Shown here one piece after another: positions 26,931 through 47,837 of a stretch of 64,000 bases of DNA; positions within the stretch are counted from its first letter, which is position 1, and the number at the start of each line of letters is the position of its first letter. The stretch is from the human T2T-CHM13v2.0 reference genome, Homo sapiens. The position numbers and the translations under genes are program-made. The DNA lies in assembly GCF_009914755.1 (NCBI RefSeq), contig NC_060926.1; one strand, written 5' to 3'. The notes beneath the pieces were generated by a model. It did no database searches. It worked only from the letters and a program-made list of their open reading frames with translations, and was not told the DNA's origin.

Positions 26931-28074
26931 CCAATTCTACTTTAGTTTGTTATTTTAGTTTAGTTTGTTATTGATAGTCTTTTACCACGTTAAGTCAAAA
27001 ACATGAGTTGGCTTATACTCATTTTCTTGGTTAGTGTTCCCTCTTTAGTGGAAGAACTAAACAGCCAAGAAGGTAGGAGGAAGAGAAGATTTGCAAATCA
27101 CTGTTAGTAAAATGGGAGAACTTGCCCTTGGTGATAATGCAAACAAACCCAGGGCCCCAGGAGGAAAGGGCTCACCAATGTGGCTGCCGTATAGGTGGAG
27201 TTCTTGCAGTGCCCACTAGGTGTCACTCTTGCTCCTGGTTAGACCTTGGCTGCTTAAGGTTCTGAAATGTCCTTTGTAAGGAAATTTCCCTCATATGTGA
27301 TTCTTCAAAAAAAAGTATGTAGAAGCTGCGTCCTAAAGACGTTCAGAGTTTTGTTAGGAACTTAAAGTGAGGAAAATGATAAAAGAGGCTAGCTATTAAA
27401 TCATATAATGTGATATCTACAGGACAATCAGAGTGGTTTGCTGTATCTTTTCTCATTTTTTCTTTTCCTGATTGAGTCCATTAGATTCACGGCTGGACCA
27501 GTATCAGGAGAATAGAAGTAGGGCGAGTTTCCCTGTTTATCTCTGTTACCATGTGCATTCGTACACAGTATGTGAGGACGCTTAGAAAACAACTCCCTTT
27601 GATGTTTTGTTGTGTTCCACCCAGAGCAGAGTGACTGAATTGAAGGGCCAGGGCTACTGGAGTTCTTTCCCCTAGGTTCACATTTAGCATCCTCTGCTCT
27701 TTCCACTATATTTTATCGGGGAGTTGGGGGAGGTCAGTCACACCCAGCATCTCAGTAATTGAAAGAGAAGTTGCTCTAAAGTCTTACCTTAGACTGCTGC
27801 CCATTCATCTCTGCTCTTTCTTTAAAGCCTTTTCTGAACCTGATTTAACTGTTTTTTGGATCAGTGGATGCTTTCTCCTTATATTGCAGACATTTTGAAA
27901 ACGGGTCTTGAGTGGCTACTTTGCTCATCTTTGGAAGGATCCAGTTGCATAGGCACAGTTTGGTGCCAGGGACCTTTATTTGTGTTCAGCAACTCTTTGC
28001 TCTGCCTGTTGGCTTTTCGTCACTCGATCACTACTCCGTTTCATTTGTTTATTGGGAGCTGTCTTTGGGAGTTT

Positions 28075-35024
<6,950 letters not shown>

Positions 35025-35723
35025 TGCAAGTTTTCATTGTATTTATCCTTTTGAATTTGTGTAGTTTAAAATTATGAGTTAAACAGTGGCAAGTCCTCTT
35101 TGCCACTTTTCCAACCAACTAGTTACCCTATCTGGAGGCAGCCAGTGTTACCAAAATTGTGTGGCCTTTGAGATAGACTTTCATAAACACACAAATTGCA
35201 ACTCCTCCCGCCCCACCCCTTTTTACACTAGCGGTAGCCTGCTTTATACATGTTCTGTTTCCTGCCTTGCCTGTCTTGGAGATTATTACACATTGGCTTA
35301 TAAAAGAGCTTCCTTGTTCCTTTTTTTTCTGAATACCTGCATGTATTCCACTTTACCTATGTAACATTATGACTTAACTGGATCACCACTAGTGGTCATT
35401 TATGTTTGCAGATTTTTGCTAGCAGGGAATCACTGGATGAAAGGATTAATGTGTCTGTGATTTTTGTTAGATGGTTTCAGATTGCCGTCTGTAGCTTGTA
35501 TTCACTTAGCCTTCTACCAACAGTGTGTGCAGGTATCTGTTTCCCTGCATACCTGGTCCATTATACCTTTTCTCTTACAGTTAAAGTGTTATGTCATTGA
35601 AGTATGTGTGAGTATATGTAAATATTCTTGGTAAAGGTTGTGTGTAGTTGTTAATTTTCACTGCTGAATCATATTCCATCATCTGTATGTGTGTGAAAAA
35701 AAGTTTATATCTATTCTACTCTT

Positions 35724-36056
35724 TTAGTTTTTTCTCTTTCTTTCTTTTTTTGGAGACAGGATCTTGCTCTGTCACCCAGGCTGTAGTACAGTGGCATAAT
35801 CATGGCTCACTGCAACCTCTGCTCCTGGGCTCAGGCGATTCTCCCACCTCAGCCTCCTGAGTAGCTGGGACTGCAGGCATGTGCCAGCATGCTTGGCTAA
35901 TTTTTGTATTTTTTGTAGAGCTGCCATCTCTATGTTATGTTTCCCAGGCTGGTCTCGAACTCCTGGGCTCCATGAGCTCCATCTGGAGCTCCATTGAACT
36001 CCTGGGCTTCATTCCCAAAGTGCTGGGATTATAGGCATGAGCCACCATACCCAGCC
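35724..36056 (-). mobile_element. AluJ SINE within old L1M fragments
   Basis: Perfect TSD TCTATTCTACTCTT at 35710-35723 and 36057-36070. Confidence 0.88.
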
Positions 36057-36915
36057 TCTATTCTACTCTTGATGGACATTTGGGTATTATCAGTTTTTAG
36101 CTAATAGGAAAAGTGCCACTATCAACATCTTACACATGTCTTTTGATGACCAAATGTATGCCTAACAGTTGTATATCTAGGAGTAGAATTGCTGAGTGGT
36201 TAGGTGTGAATCCATCAGCTTGGAAGATGAACATTTCCAAAGTGCTTTTGCCAGCTCAGCTTTCACCATCAATGCGTATGAGTGTCTTTGCATCCCAGCA
36301 GAATTTCATTACACTGACTTCAGTGTGTGTGTAGTGATATCTTGTAATATTAATTTGTATTTCCTTTCAGTGAATGATTTTGAGCATCTTTTAAAATGTT
36401 TATTGGCCATTTTGGGTAGCTTCTTTTGTGAGGTACTTCTTCAAGTCTTTTGCCCATTTTTCTATGGGGATTCTGTCTTTTTCTTGATGATTTATAAATT
36501 GTTTATATTTTTGATATGAGTCCTTTGTCAGGTATATGCTTTGCAAATATCTCCTCCCATTCCGAGGAAATCTTTCAAGGCTGGTGGTATGATTGAAAAT
36601 AACTGGTAGTGGGGCTCCTTGGCTGGAGTAGTCATGGAGGGTCTCTAGAGGATGACTTGCCATCTGATATGTCTGAAGGACAGAGCTGAGCCAGCCCCTT
36701 GAAGTGCTTGACAATGACTGGCTCAGGCAGAGGGAACAGCATGAACAAAGGCCTCAGGGCAGGACAAAGCTTAGCATGTTTGGGTACAGAAAGAAGGCCA
36801 AAGTGGGAGGGGAGAAAGAGGTGGCAAGAAGAAATTAAGATAATCAGAATCTCTTTTCATTGCTCTGTGGGAGAAAAAGGCTTTAGATTTGTCATTCGTC
36901 CAATGCTGTGTATGA

Positions 36916-37101
<186 letters not shown>

Positions 37102-37464
37102 CCCTGCAAGGAGCAGAGTGTGTTCACCTTGAGTCTCCAGCCCACAGCCAAGGTGGACGTACCTCTCCAGGAGCCTTTGCCTTAATGTATCTCTGCCTGG
37201 ACAACTTGTGGTGGGGGGTGGGGGGAAGAGTGGGAGGGGGAGTTAAATCCAGTCTTATGAAGTATTGTTATTAAATGTCTTTTTAAAAAGAGAAATATAA
37301 ACATATATTTTTACTATTAAAATATTCAGTTTTTTAAATGAAGTAGAACTTGAGTTCATGTTTTATATGAAATATTTACCAAAAAAAAAAAATGAGGTAA
37401 ACTGTATTTAAAACCTTTGACTTGAGTCTGCTGGTAAAGCTTCTGAATATTGAGTTTGCTGAGA

Positions 37465-37470
37465 AATAAA
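37465..37470 (+). terminator. Proximal AATAAA poly(A) signal (candidate)
   Basis: Canonical hexamer within the 3'UTR. Confidence 0.45.
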
Positions 37471-37932
37471 AATCAAAACTTCTTTAAGCTGGTAAAGTGA
37501 GGGGCCCACCAGCAGTGATCTCCTGATGCCTTACTGGAAACTTTGTTTACTTGTCTGCTACCCTCTGATTTGTTTTTAGTTAGTTTTTATTGTGAGCACA
37601 CATAGTACCTAGTTACATCTTAAGATCAGGTGTATAAAACTGTGGAGTGGAGCGGTATGGTATGGAATGACTTGGAATGTAAGCTGTCAGGGAGAAAATG
37701 TTGTTACACTTTTGCTAAGATCTGGGGGTTTCTTCATATTCCTGCTGTTGGAAGCAGTTGACCAGAAATGCTTGCCAGTACTGCCAAAGCACTGCTGTGA
37801 AATGTGAAGTACTTTGTTTTTTTATTTTTAATGATTTTCTTTTTGTTATTAATATTTTTCTCTGTTCCTTTGTTATTACTTGCATGGTTTGGCGTCAGAA
37901 GTCCTTACCTCTTTATATTGTTTGCAGGTTTA

Positions 37933-37938
37933 AATAAA
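37933..37938 (+). terminator. Distal AATAAA poly(A) signal of RPIA
   Basis: Canonical hexamer, U-rich upstream, 'cttttgtctttattgt' downstream. Confidence 0.8.
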
Positions 37939-40635
37939 ACAGTGTGGTGCCATTTTGACTCTTTTGTCTTTATTGTAGAATTTAAATTTAAATGGCCACA
38001 GAAGGAAAGCCAAGATGGGAGAGGAATCAGTTTTGCCCACCCAGCGTACATCAGATCTGTGATAAGGGGTAGAATTCACTCAAGAAATCTTGAACCAAAG
38101 AATAGGTAAATACTTTCATTATTTCTGGGAGAGCTATCTTCCAGATATGTCAGTTATCTAAGGAAATATGCCATAGCCCTTTGTCAGGCAAGGTATTAAT
38201 TTTCTTCATGCATGAAGGGTAACACAGATGAACAAAAGTCACAAATTATCTCCACGTTTTATATTAGTCAAACCTTCTTTAGTCATGGAAGCTGATACGC
38301 AGCAAATCATATTGCTGCATTTCCTCATTAGCACCCCCAACCTGAATTTCCTCATTAGCACCCCCAACTCTGTAATCTGCAGACAGTCTGCTTAATAAAC
38401 AGTTAGCTCTCCAGAAAAGAGCCTCATAACAGGGAAAGGAAAGGCCTGACCAGCTCAGTGAGCATTCTAGACAAGGCTCAAAGGAATCCATCCTGCTGTT
38501 AAAGGGTCTTGATGCTGAGAACTCTGATTTCCCCTTGCTAACTTTGCACAATACTTGGAACAGTCATTTCCCTCATTTTACTGTCTATTTTGATGCTTGG
38601 ATAATAATGATCAGACATGTTGGCATCTAAATTCTTGCTAAATCAAGTTGTAGAATAAAAGTTAATCAGGAGAGAAGGCATTAAAGATGCTTATTTCTTT
38701 CAGAATTCCCTCTTCACTCTGGAGGTGCTCTTTAAAAATAGTTGCCTCACATATTGTTAGGAAGCCTATTGTTAGGAATACTTTATTTTCTTTTAATTTG
38801 GGTTATAATTTTTGCACAAAACGGGCACTACATCTTAGCTGAGATCTTGATAGAACTAATTTTTGACATAATCCTTTGAAGCTCTTGTGGCATTGATTAA
38901 ATTTAGGAATAAAGATAAACAACAAAGTTAAGCTGAATTTCTGAAAAACACCTGCATGCACCACATCACATGTAAATGTTCTGTGGGTTTCACAGGCATT
39001 CGCACCTGTGATGGATCTGTAGTTTCTTTGAATGTCGATGTTAGGGTTTTCTTCTCTTGAAGAAAACAAAACACCTGCTATGCTTTAGGCACACATACAG
39101 CAAGGTACATTTTGACTAAAGAGTCTTCATTAAAGCTCATTAAATGTGATCTTTCTGGGGAGTTAGATGGAATAAATTAGATGGAAAAAACAATTTTTTT
39201 CCTGTGACCCACATGCCAGTACATGTGATTAATGATGAATCTCAGGGGCAAGGGTGAGCTGTAAGTTTGGTTTTTGGGAAACGGTTATAACGAAGGTAAG
39301 CAGTCACAATTCTGGAAGGTATCAAAGGAGGAAAATCACTCTGATTTGAATAAAATCTATTCAGTTTGGTTTCAGCTACAACCTCTCATTAAGTTTTTAT
39401 ATTCTTCATTGATCAGACTGTTTGAGCTCCCATCATGGGCCAGTTCGGGAGAGGGTGGGACACAGATGAGTAAGATCCTCCTGTGCTCCAGAGGCTTCCA
39501 GCCTGGTGAGCCTGACAGGCACCTTGACAGAGGAATGATGTAGTGGAGGAACATGGTGGGCAGGTGGGCAAGAGATGAGTCATGGGTGGGGAAAGTGGCT
39601 GACAGGTGACTCTGGCAACAGCTTCCTATGTGGAGTCTTTGCTGGCTTTGACTCCATTAAAGTGCTTCTAATTAAAGTTAAATAAGCTGTCAGTTTACAG
39701 AGGAGAAAGAGGCCTGAATAGCCTAAGTCACTTGTCACAGACAGAGCTGGCTAGTTAGCCAGCCCTGGAACCCCTGGTCTTCAGGTTGGGGGTTTTGTAG
39801 TATCTGGGAGGATATTCTTATGTTAGTCTCAAGAAGTGCCAGAGATGGCGTGTTGTGACTTTTTATGGGAAAATTCTAATGGAGACAGGCAAGTTCCACA
39901 AAAAAGCTAAGTTTGGAGTAATCGTTCCAAGAAGCTACCTTTTATTTCAGGGACTGGGCTTTGCTTTGATGTACTATTTTTATTGAACTATTATATTTCA
40001 GTAGTTTCAAATTTTATCCTAAAGTGGCAAGGAGGGGAAGCAGGGAGCTATCATATTTGAACCTGAATGTGTGCCAGGCACTATTTGGGTTTTTGCCCTG
40101 TTAGCTTATGGCATCTTTATGGTGTTTGTTCTTATAATTTGCTGAGTGAGAAACTGAGGCTTAGTTTAAGTAACTTGTTCAGGTCACCCACTGGAAAGTG
40201 GACCAGACTTCTCTGGCTCTAGGCCTTGTTCCTACTTCAAGGTGGTTATAGGGCTTTGAATAGTTTGTGTTCCTTAATTGTGTCCATAAGTTGTAACTTG
40301 CGTGACAAGTAATTTGTTAAAGTACTGGAGTTAGTGAATGGTTGGGTTGTGTGTGTAGGCTCATGGTTAATCCTATAATAATCCATTTCTGTCTTCTGCT
40401 ACGCTTTCTTTGGTAGGAGGAAGGAGGAGAACATTGCATATAGCCTCGGGTGGGCCACAAGAAAGTGCCCTTTGTAGAAGTCATCTTTATTTGTCACTCT
40501 GGAATGGAACTTGACAACCATTGATTTCTCTCTCTCGTTATCTGTTTCCTTTTTTCCTCCTTTCTACCTATGATTTAGGCACAGTGGCTACCAGAGGCAC
40601 TGCTAGCCTGTGAAGGGGCATTTATGGCTGAGGAC

Positions 40636-41170
40636 TGTTAATTCCTTTTAGCCAAAGACCATTCAGGAACACAGACACAGTTGAACAAAGTTGGATTTAT
40701 TTACCCATTGAATAAGGGAAATCACACGCCATGGGAAGCTGCAGTTATCTCAGCATTAGGACTTAGAGGGTTTAGGCCCAAGGAAGCAGAGCTTAGCTCT
40801 GGATTGGATACCTTCAGGAAGCAGGGCTACTTCTATAACTGGATATCTTTAACAATTCTTACCTAGAAAGTAAGAAGAATGGAGTGAACCTAAAGCTACC
40901 ATTGGTAAAGAAGGGGCAGTTACTCATTAATGATGTTGGGCAATTTTTGTGATGTGGACAATATGTTTTGTCTGTGCGATTATAGTCTTGGTTTTGTCTT
41001 CATCATGGTCACGGAGTGGCCTTGTCTGCTGTTGATACTGGTGAAATTGTGTTTCACATGAGAACATCATGGCCTGGCTGTCGGTGCCAGGCCAGCTTGT
41101 AGCAACACTAAGGCCTGACTGATAGAGCCAGGCCAGCTCCCAGCCATCTGGGGCAACATCTCTGTCTCTG
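40636..41170. mobile_element. Old ERV-type LTR (family uncertain)
   Basis: LTR-like composition and motifs; boundaries approximate. Confidence 0.4.
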
Positions 41171-42244
41171 AAGATATTGCAGAAGCCCCTAGGATCCAGA
41201 GGGCCTGAGCATTCTATAATCAACTCTTCCACCCTTTGACTAACTGATACTGAGTTTGTCAGTTCCTTTGACTAACTGATATTGAGCAGTTGTGTGTACC
41301 TGGCACTGGGGTGCAGGAGTCAGGTCCCAGATACCCCAAGATGTCACTCCAGCCCTCAGACTTCACTGGTGCCATGACAACCATTTCTTGTGACTTGCTT
41401 CTCAGATGCCTGACTTTGCTCACTTCCTGTTGCACCTGGTAGCTGAAGCTGCCAGATTTAGGATTGCATCAGCCTTCACTCTCCACTAACACAGTAATCA
41501 GATGAGCTGAGGTTTTAAACATAGGTTCAATGCCTTTGCTTTTTTAGTAACCGGGTTGTATTGCAGGGCAGCAAAACACTCCAACATAGCTTAGTATTCA
41601 AATGTGCCCAAGTTGGCCTCAGCAAATAAACATCTGTAATGGTGTTTTGAGAGGAATGGAAGTGTGACAGTTCACGTGGCCAGTGCAGTGGAGGCAGAAT
41701 CCAAAGAGGGAAGGAAAAGACTTCCCTGGAAAGGAAAGCCTGGTGTCTGTAGACAATGCATTATGTAGACAGATGAGTAAAATCATTGCTGAAGCCCCAT
41801 TCTATTATGTCTAATCACTGAGAAACATCTGCTCAGCAGCAAGGTGGGAGAGGAAGCAGCTCGGAACTGAAGTCCTGGCCGGTTGCATCTCTGTCAGCCT
41901 CAATGCAGTGGCAATAATATCTCTGAATGCTCTCTGATGGCAGAGCAAATACATTTTGAGAGTACTCAGGTTTGGGGGTTTTCCAGCTTGAGTTTCAAAT
42001 AGGAGAATGGCGTGCATCCTCATTTATTTCAGAAGCTGTTCTTAGTGGAGGGTGAGACCAGTTTCCAGTCACCGATGAGTTCTGAAGGCTCCAGGGCTTG
42101 GTTCTCTGGGCTTAGCTGCATCTGGCCCCTGTTCCTCTGTGCCAGTGATGCTGCCACTGGTTTCTTTGTGAACCCATGAGAAGCACTCACGAGGCAAGAG
42201 CCCACAAGGAGCTGGACCCAGAGCAGCACAGGTGTGAATAGAAA

Positions 42245-42535
42245 CAGCACTGCCTGAGAGAAATGCCAGCCACATAATCTTAAATGTTCTGGTCTCCACA
42301 CTGGAAAAGTTAAGAGAAACAGGTAAAATTAAGTTTAGTAAAATATTTTATTTAACACAAAATATCTAAAATATTACTATTTTAACACATAAGGAGTATA
42401 TCATATTTTTTCTTTGTACGAAGTCTTCAAAATGCCATGTGTACTTAACTTCGGCACATCTCATTTTGAACTGACCACTTTCCAAGTGCTCCATGGTCAC
42501 TCATGGCGAGTGGCTACGGCATCGGAGAGCATGGA
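42245..42535. mobile_element. MER33-like hAT DNA transposon
   Basis: 'aaaatattttatttaacacaaaatatctaaaatatta...cacatctcattttgaactgaccactttccaagtgctc...gtggctac'. Confidence 0.7.
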
Positions 42536-45099
42536 GCTAGAATTCAAGGGGTACACGCGTAGCCCCTGTTCTGGCTTATTTAAGGCTCTGATTTCTTGGA
42601 GCAAGTCTGGAGTTCTATAGCTTTAAGATGTTTCTAGAACCCACAGAGAGTTGAGTCTAGTGGAAAGCTACCCCAGGGAGGTCCACTCAGTACCCTCAGT
42701 TTGAACTGAAACCTTCATCTGTGCTTCCAGCAGATGAGCCCTTCATTAGGCACCAAGTCACTTAGTCCTGGTTGATGGATTGCCTGCTTTGCTGTCCCCA
42801 ACTGACCACCAGTCTATCTATGACCAGACCCTGAAAGGCAGGGACCAGACCATGTCACCTCCTCTAGGAAGCCACCCTTGACTACCAAGCCCCCAGCATA
42901 CCTCCCTTAGGGTCACTCTCCACTTTCATTGTCTCTCTTTGTCTCTTCCCTGCCTCCTGTTGGAACTCTGAGTTCCTGCAGGCAGGACTGTGCCCTGAGG
43001 TCTCTGTCCCTGGAGTAAAGCACGGAGCCTGGCATAAAGCAAGTGCTTGGTACATGTCACTGACTCACTTGAGAAAGGAGGAGAGGGCTGCTGGACACAC
43101 CACTCACTAGCTGCTCACAGCCTCAGCTTCCTGGGACAGATGCCCATGAAGGTGGCACCGCCTGCTGCCTTCTGGGCCTTTCACTGTGGCCCAGCCACAG
43201 ACCAGCATTCCTGCCAGGAGCCTGAACCAAATGGTGACAGACGTGTATTTGTTTCATCCTCACCTATTTCCTGCTCCATCACCTCCCAGGCCCCAGAAAT
43301 TCTCCCAGTAGGGTAGGGAGCAACCTTCCCTCAGGATTCCCCGGGAAGGCTTTTCCCACCACCCTGCCTCCTCCCTGACCCCACTGGCACCCCTTGTCAT
43401 CCTGAGATGCCCCACTGCCCTGGTACATAGGACACACTACTAAAATATGTGCTGTCAGAGAGGATGGTGCTCAAATTAATACACATGCCCCTCCGTACCT
43501 CCCCCAATATCACTGGGGCAGAGAGAGAGTCCAGATGGGCAGTGTTGGGGGGAGGCTGGTGGGGGGATCTGTGAATAGTGCCGAGGTGAAAAAGCAAAGC
43601 TCAAAGAATCCAGCCTTCTTTGAAAGAGGTCTGAAGACTGGAGTCCCAGACCCATGATATTTGGCCCCTCTGGATGGGGATCCCACTGAGGCTGTATTCT
43701 GGGCCCCCGCTGGTATCTTCTAGGGACAGTTTGTGGCCAGGGGACAGGAAGTGGTGCCACAGGGAGCTAGTGCTGTGGAACGTGGTACAAGGGCTGGTCC
43801 TGTCCAATGAGGTGGGCCCTGTGTGGGGCCTGAGCAGCCATCCATTCTGGCTGAGATGGGGGAGCCTGACTAGGTGGTGACTGAGGGACAGGCTGGTCTC
43901 TTCAGGAGGCAAAGGGGGCCCGAGGCTAGGGGCTGGCTGGCAGGGATGGATGAGGCAGGGGAGGGGCTGGAAAGAGATGAGGGGGCAAAGGCCAGGGTCC
44001 TTGAGCTCCTCCGCACTAGGGCCCTTTGCCCTGAGTGTTGCCAATCTGGACAACGCTCTAGGAGCCTCTCCTGACTCCCACACATCTGCCCTGCCCAGGG
44101 GAAAGTTCTCCAGGGAGACAGCTCCTGGGAATGGCAGAGACAGCCAGCACTTCTACTGGCAAGGCTCCTTATCTGGGGCTCGCCCTGGGTCCAGTGGGTC
44201 AGACTGCCCAGGGCCTCTCTGTTAGGCTCCATGTCAGCAGCCGGTGGCTCCTTCAGGGCAGCCGTCAAGTCTGTGGACCCCTCTGGGTGGGCTGGCCTTC
44301 TGAAAGTGTGCTTGGTTGTTTGTCTTGGCCGAGTTGAGAGAGGCCACTGGTTCAGGGACGGCTGCTCATGGTCCTGCTGGACGGCCAGGGAAAGACCAGG
44401 GCTGGAAGTTCAGACAGGGGCCGGAGTGGCCAGGGATGCAGGGCCAGGCCAGGTGGTTCCCAGCATCTCTCTGCTATGTGGTGTGGGCTCCCTTGGCGGC
44501 TGGGTGCTTGCTAGGTTCTGGCAGGGGAAGACTTGGAGGGAGGCTGGGATGTTAGGAGAGAAGTGGGGGCTTCCTGCTGCCTTTTCCAGGCCTTGCCATT
44601 GTCTTTCCAGAATCAGCAGCAGCAGCTGGAAATGAGGGTCCCAGTGCCCTTTCTTTAGGGTGACCACTGTCTCCCAGCACCCCCACACTGGTCTGAGCGC
44701 TGGCAAGGCAGGGACAGCTTCATCTATATGTTTGAGCATCAGCATCGCTGCCCCTCTGTCCCTGATTCTGGGGGTGGGTGGCAGCTGCTGTGAGTTCTTA
44801 TTATTCTCTGGATTGTTCAGTGGCCCCTTTCTGTTCATCCAGCCTTCCAACAACTGTGTCAACAAGTCCTTGTATTGAATGCCCTCCATATGAAGCACCT
44901 ATCATGGTTTCTGTTTCTTACTGGACCATGACAGGCATGGCACCTTTACAGATTTCCTTGGCTGTTCTCCACCGCCCTCATTACGCATCAGGCTCCATAG
45001 GCAGGGGCCATGTCTGTCTTGTTTATTTTTGTATCGCCAATGCTTGGCAGAGAGAGAGTAGGTGCTCAGCTTGAATGAATACTTGGGATTTAATTTTTT

Positions 45100-45537
<438 letters not shown>

Positions 45538-45558
45538 GCTCAAGTGACACACAGAAAG

Positions 45559-47837
45559 TGATATGGTTTGGCTGTGTCCCCACCCAAATCTCATCTTGAA
45601 TTGTAACTACCACAATTCTCATATGTCATGGGAGGAACCTGGTCAGAGGTGATTGAATTATGGGGGCAGGTCTTTCCTGCACTGTTCTCTTGATAGTGAA
45701 TGAGTCTCATGAGATCTGATAGTTTTAAAAATGGGAGTTTTCCCTGCACAAGATCTCTTCTCTTGTCTGCTGCCATTTGAGACATGCCTTTCACCTTCTG
45801 CCATGATTGTGAGACCTCCCCAGCCACATGGAACTGTAAGTCCGATAAACCTCTTTTGTAAATTGCCCAGTCTCAGGTATGTCTTTATCAGCACGTGAGA
45901 ATGAACTAATACAGTAAATTGGTACCAGGAGTAGGGTGTTGCTGAAAAGATACCCAAAAATATGGAAGCAACTTTGGAACTGGGTAACAGGCAGAGATTG
46001 GAACAGTTTGGAGGGCTCAGAAGAAGACAGGAAAATGTGGGAAAGTTTGGAAACTCCTAGAGGCTTGATGAATGGCTTTTTGACAAAAATGCTGATAGTG
46101 ATATGAACAATAAGGCCTAGGCTAAGGTAGTCTCAGATGGAGATGAGGAACTTGTTGGGAACTGGAGCAAAGGTGACTCTTGTTATGTTTTAGCAAAGAG
46201 ACTGGTGGCATTTTGCCCCTGCCTTAGATATTTTGGAACTTTGAACTTGAGAGAGATGTTTTAGGGTTTCTGCTGGAAGAAATTTCTAAGCAGCAAAGCA
46301 TTCAAGAGGTGACTTGGGTGCTGTTAAAGGCATTTAGTTTTATAAGGGAAGCAGAATATAAAGCTTTGGAAAGTTTGCAGCCTAACAATGCGATAGGAAA
46401 GAAAATCACATTTTCTGAGAAGAAATTCAAGCTGGCTGCAGAAATTTGCATACGTAATGAGGAACCAAATGTTAATCCCCAAGACAATGGGAAAAATGTC
46501 AGAGGTCTTCACGGCAGCCCCTCCCATCACAGGCCGGGAGGCCTGGGATGAAAAAAATGGTTTCATGGGCCAGGCCCAGGTTCCCCATGCTGTGTGCAGT
46601 CTAGGGACTTGGTGCCCTGCATACCAACCACTCCAGCTGTGACTAAAAGGGGCCAAGATACCGCTTGGGCCGTGGCTTCAGAGGGTGCAAACCCCAAGCC
46701 TTGGCAGCTTCCACATGGTGTTGAGCCTGTGGGTGCACAAAAATCAAGAGTTGAGGTTTAGGAACCTCTGCCTTGATTTCAGAGGATGTATGAAATGTCT
46801 GGATGTCCAGGCATAAATTTGCTGCATGGGTGGGGCTCTCATGGAGAACCTCTGCTAAGGCAGTGCGAAAGGGAAATGTGGGGTTGGAGCCCTCACACAG
46901 AGTCCCTACTGGGGCACTGCCTAGTGGAGCTATGAGAAGAGGGCCACCGTCCTCCAGACCCCAGAACAGTAGCTCCACAGACAGCTTGCACCATGCTCCT
47001 GGAAAAGCTGCAGACACTTAACATCAGCCTGCGAAAGCAGCCAGGATGGGGGCTATACCCTGCAAAGCCACAGGGGCTGAGTTGTCCAAGACCATGGGAA
47101 CCCACCTCTTACATCAGTGTGACCTGGATGTGAGACATGGAGTCAAAGGACATCATTTTGGAGCTTTAAGATTTGACTATCTGGCTGGATTCTGGACTTG
47201 CATGGAGCCTGTAGCCCCTTTGTTTTGGCCAGTTTCTCCCATTTGGAACGGCTGCATTTACCCAATGCCTGTACCCTCATTGTATCTAGGAAGTAACTAA
47301 CTTGCTTTTGATTTTACAGGCTCATAGGTGGAAGGGACTTGCCTTGTCTTAGATGAGATGTTGGGACTGTGGACTTTGAGTTAATGCTGAAATGAGTTAA
47401 GACTTTGGGGGACTGTTGGGAAGGCATGATTGGTTTTGAAATGTGAGGACATGAGATTTGGGAGGTACCAGGGGTAGAATGATATGGTTTGGCTCTGTCC
47501 CCACCCAAATCTCATCTTGAATTGTAACTACCACAATTCTCACATGTCATGGGAGGAACCCAGTGGAAGGTGATTGAATTATGGGGGCAGATCTTTCCTG
47601 CACTGTTCTTGTGATAGTGAATGCATTTCACGAGATCTGATGGTTTTAAAAGTGGGAGTTTTCCCTGTACAAGCTCTGTTCTCTTGTCTGCTGCCATGTG
47701 AGATGTGCCTTTCCCCTTCTGCCATGATTGTGAGGCCTCCCCAGCCATGTGGAACTGTAAGTCCAATAAACCTTTCTTTTGTAAATTGCCCTGTCTCGAG
47801 TATGTCTTTATCAGCAGCATGAAAACAAACTAATACA
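45559..47837 (+). mobile_element. Complete THE1 (THE1B/C-like) MaLR element: LTR-internal-LTR
   Basis: LTRs 45559-45913 and 47480-47837 (TGATATGGTTTGGCT...CTAATACA); 1566-bp internal region starting gtaaattggtacc; flanks gaaag/ggaag (5-bp TSD, 1 mismatch). Confidence 0.93.

Larger units (their letters stand above)
37102..37958 (+). other. RPIA: RPIA 3'UTR
   Basis: Follows the stop codon; end inferred about 20 nt after the distal AATAAA, before a U/GU-rich downstream element. Confidence 0.8.

Noticed and set aside
43601-44898. 130-162 aa ORFs on both strands
   Set aside because: Expected in GC-rich DNA; no recognisable domain or consistent splice structure.
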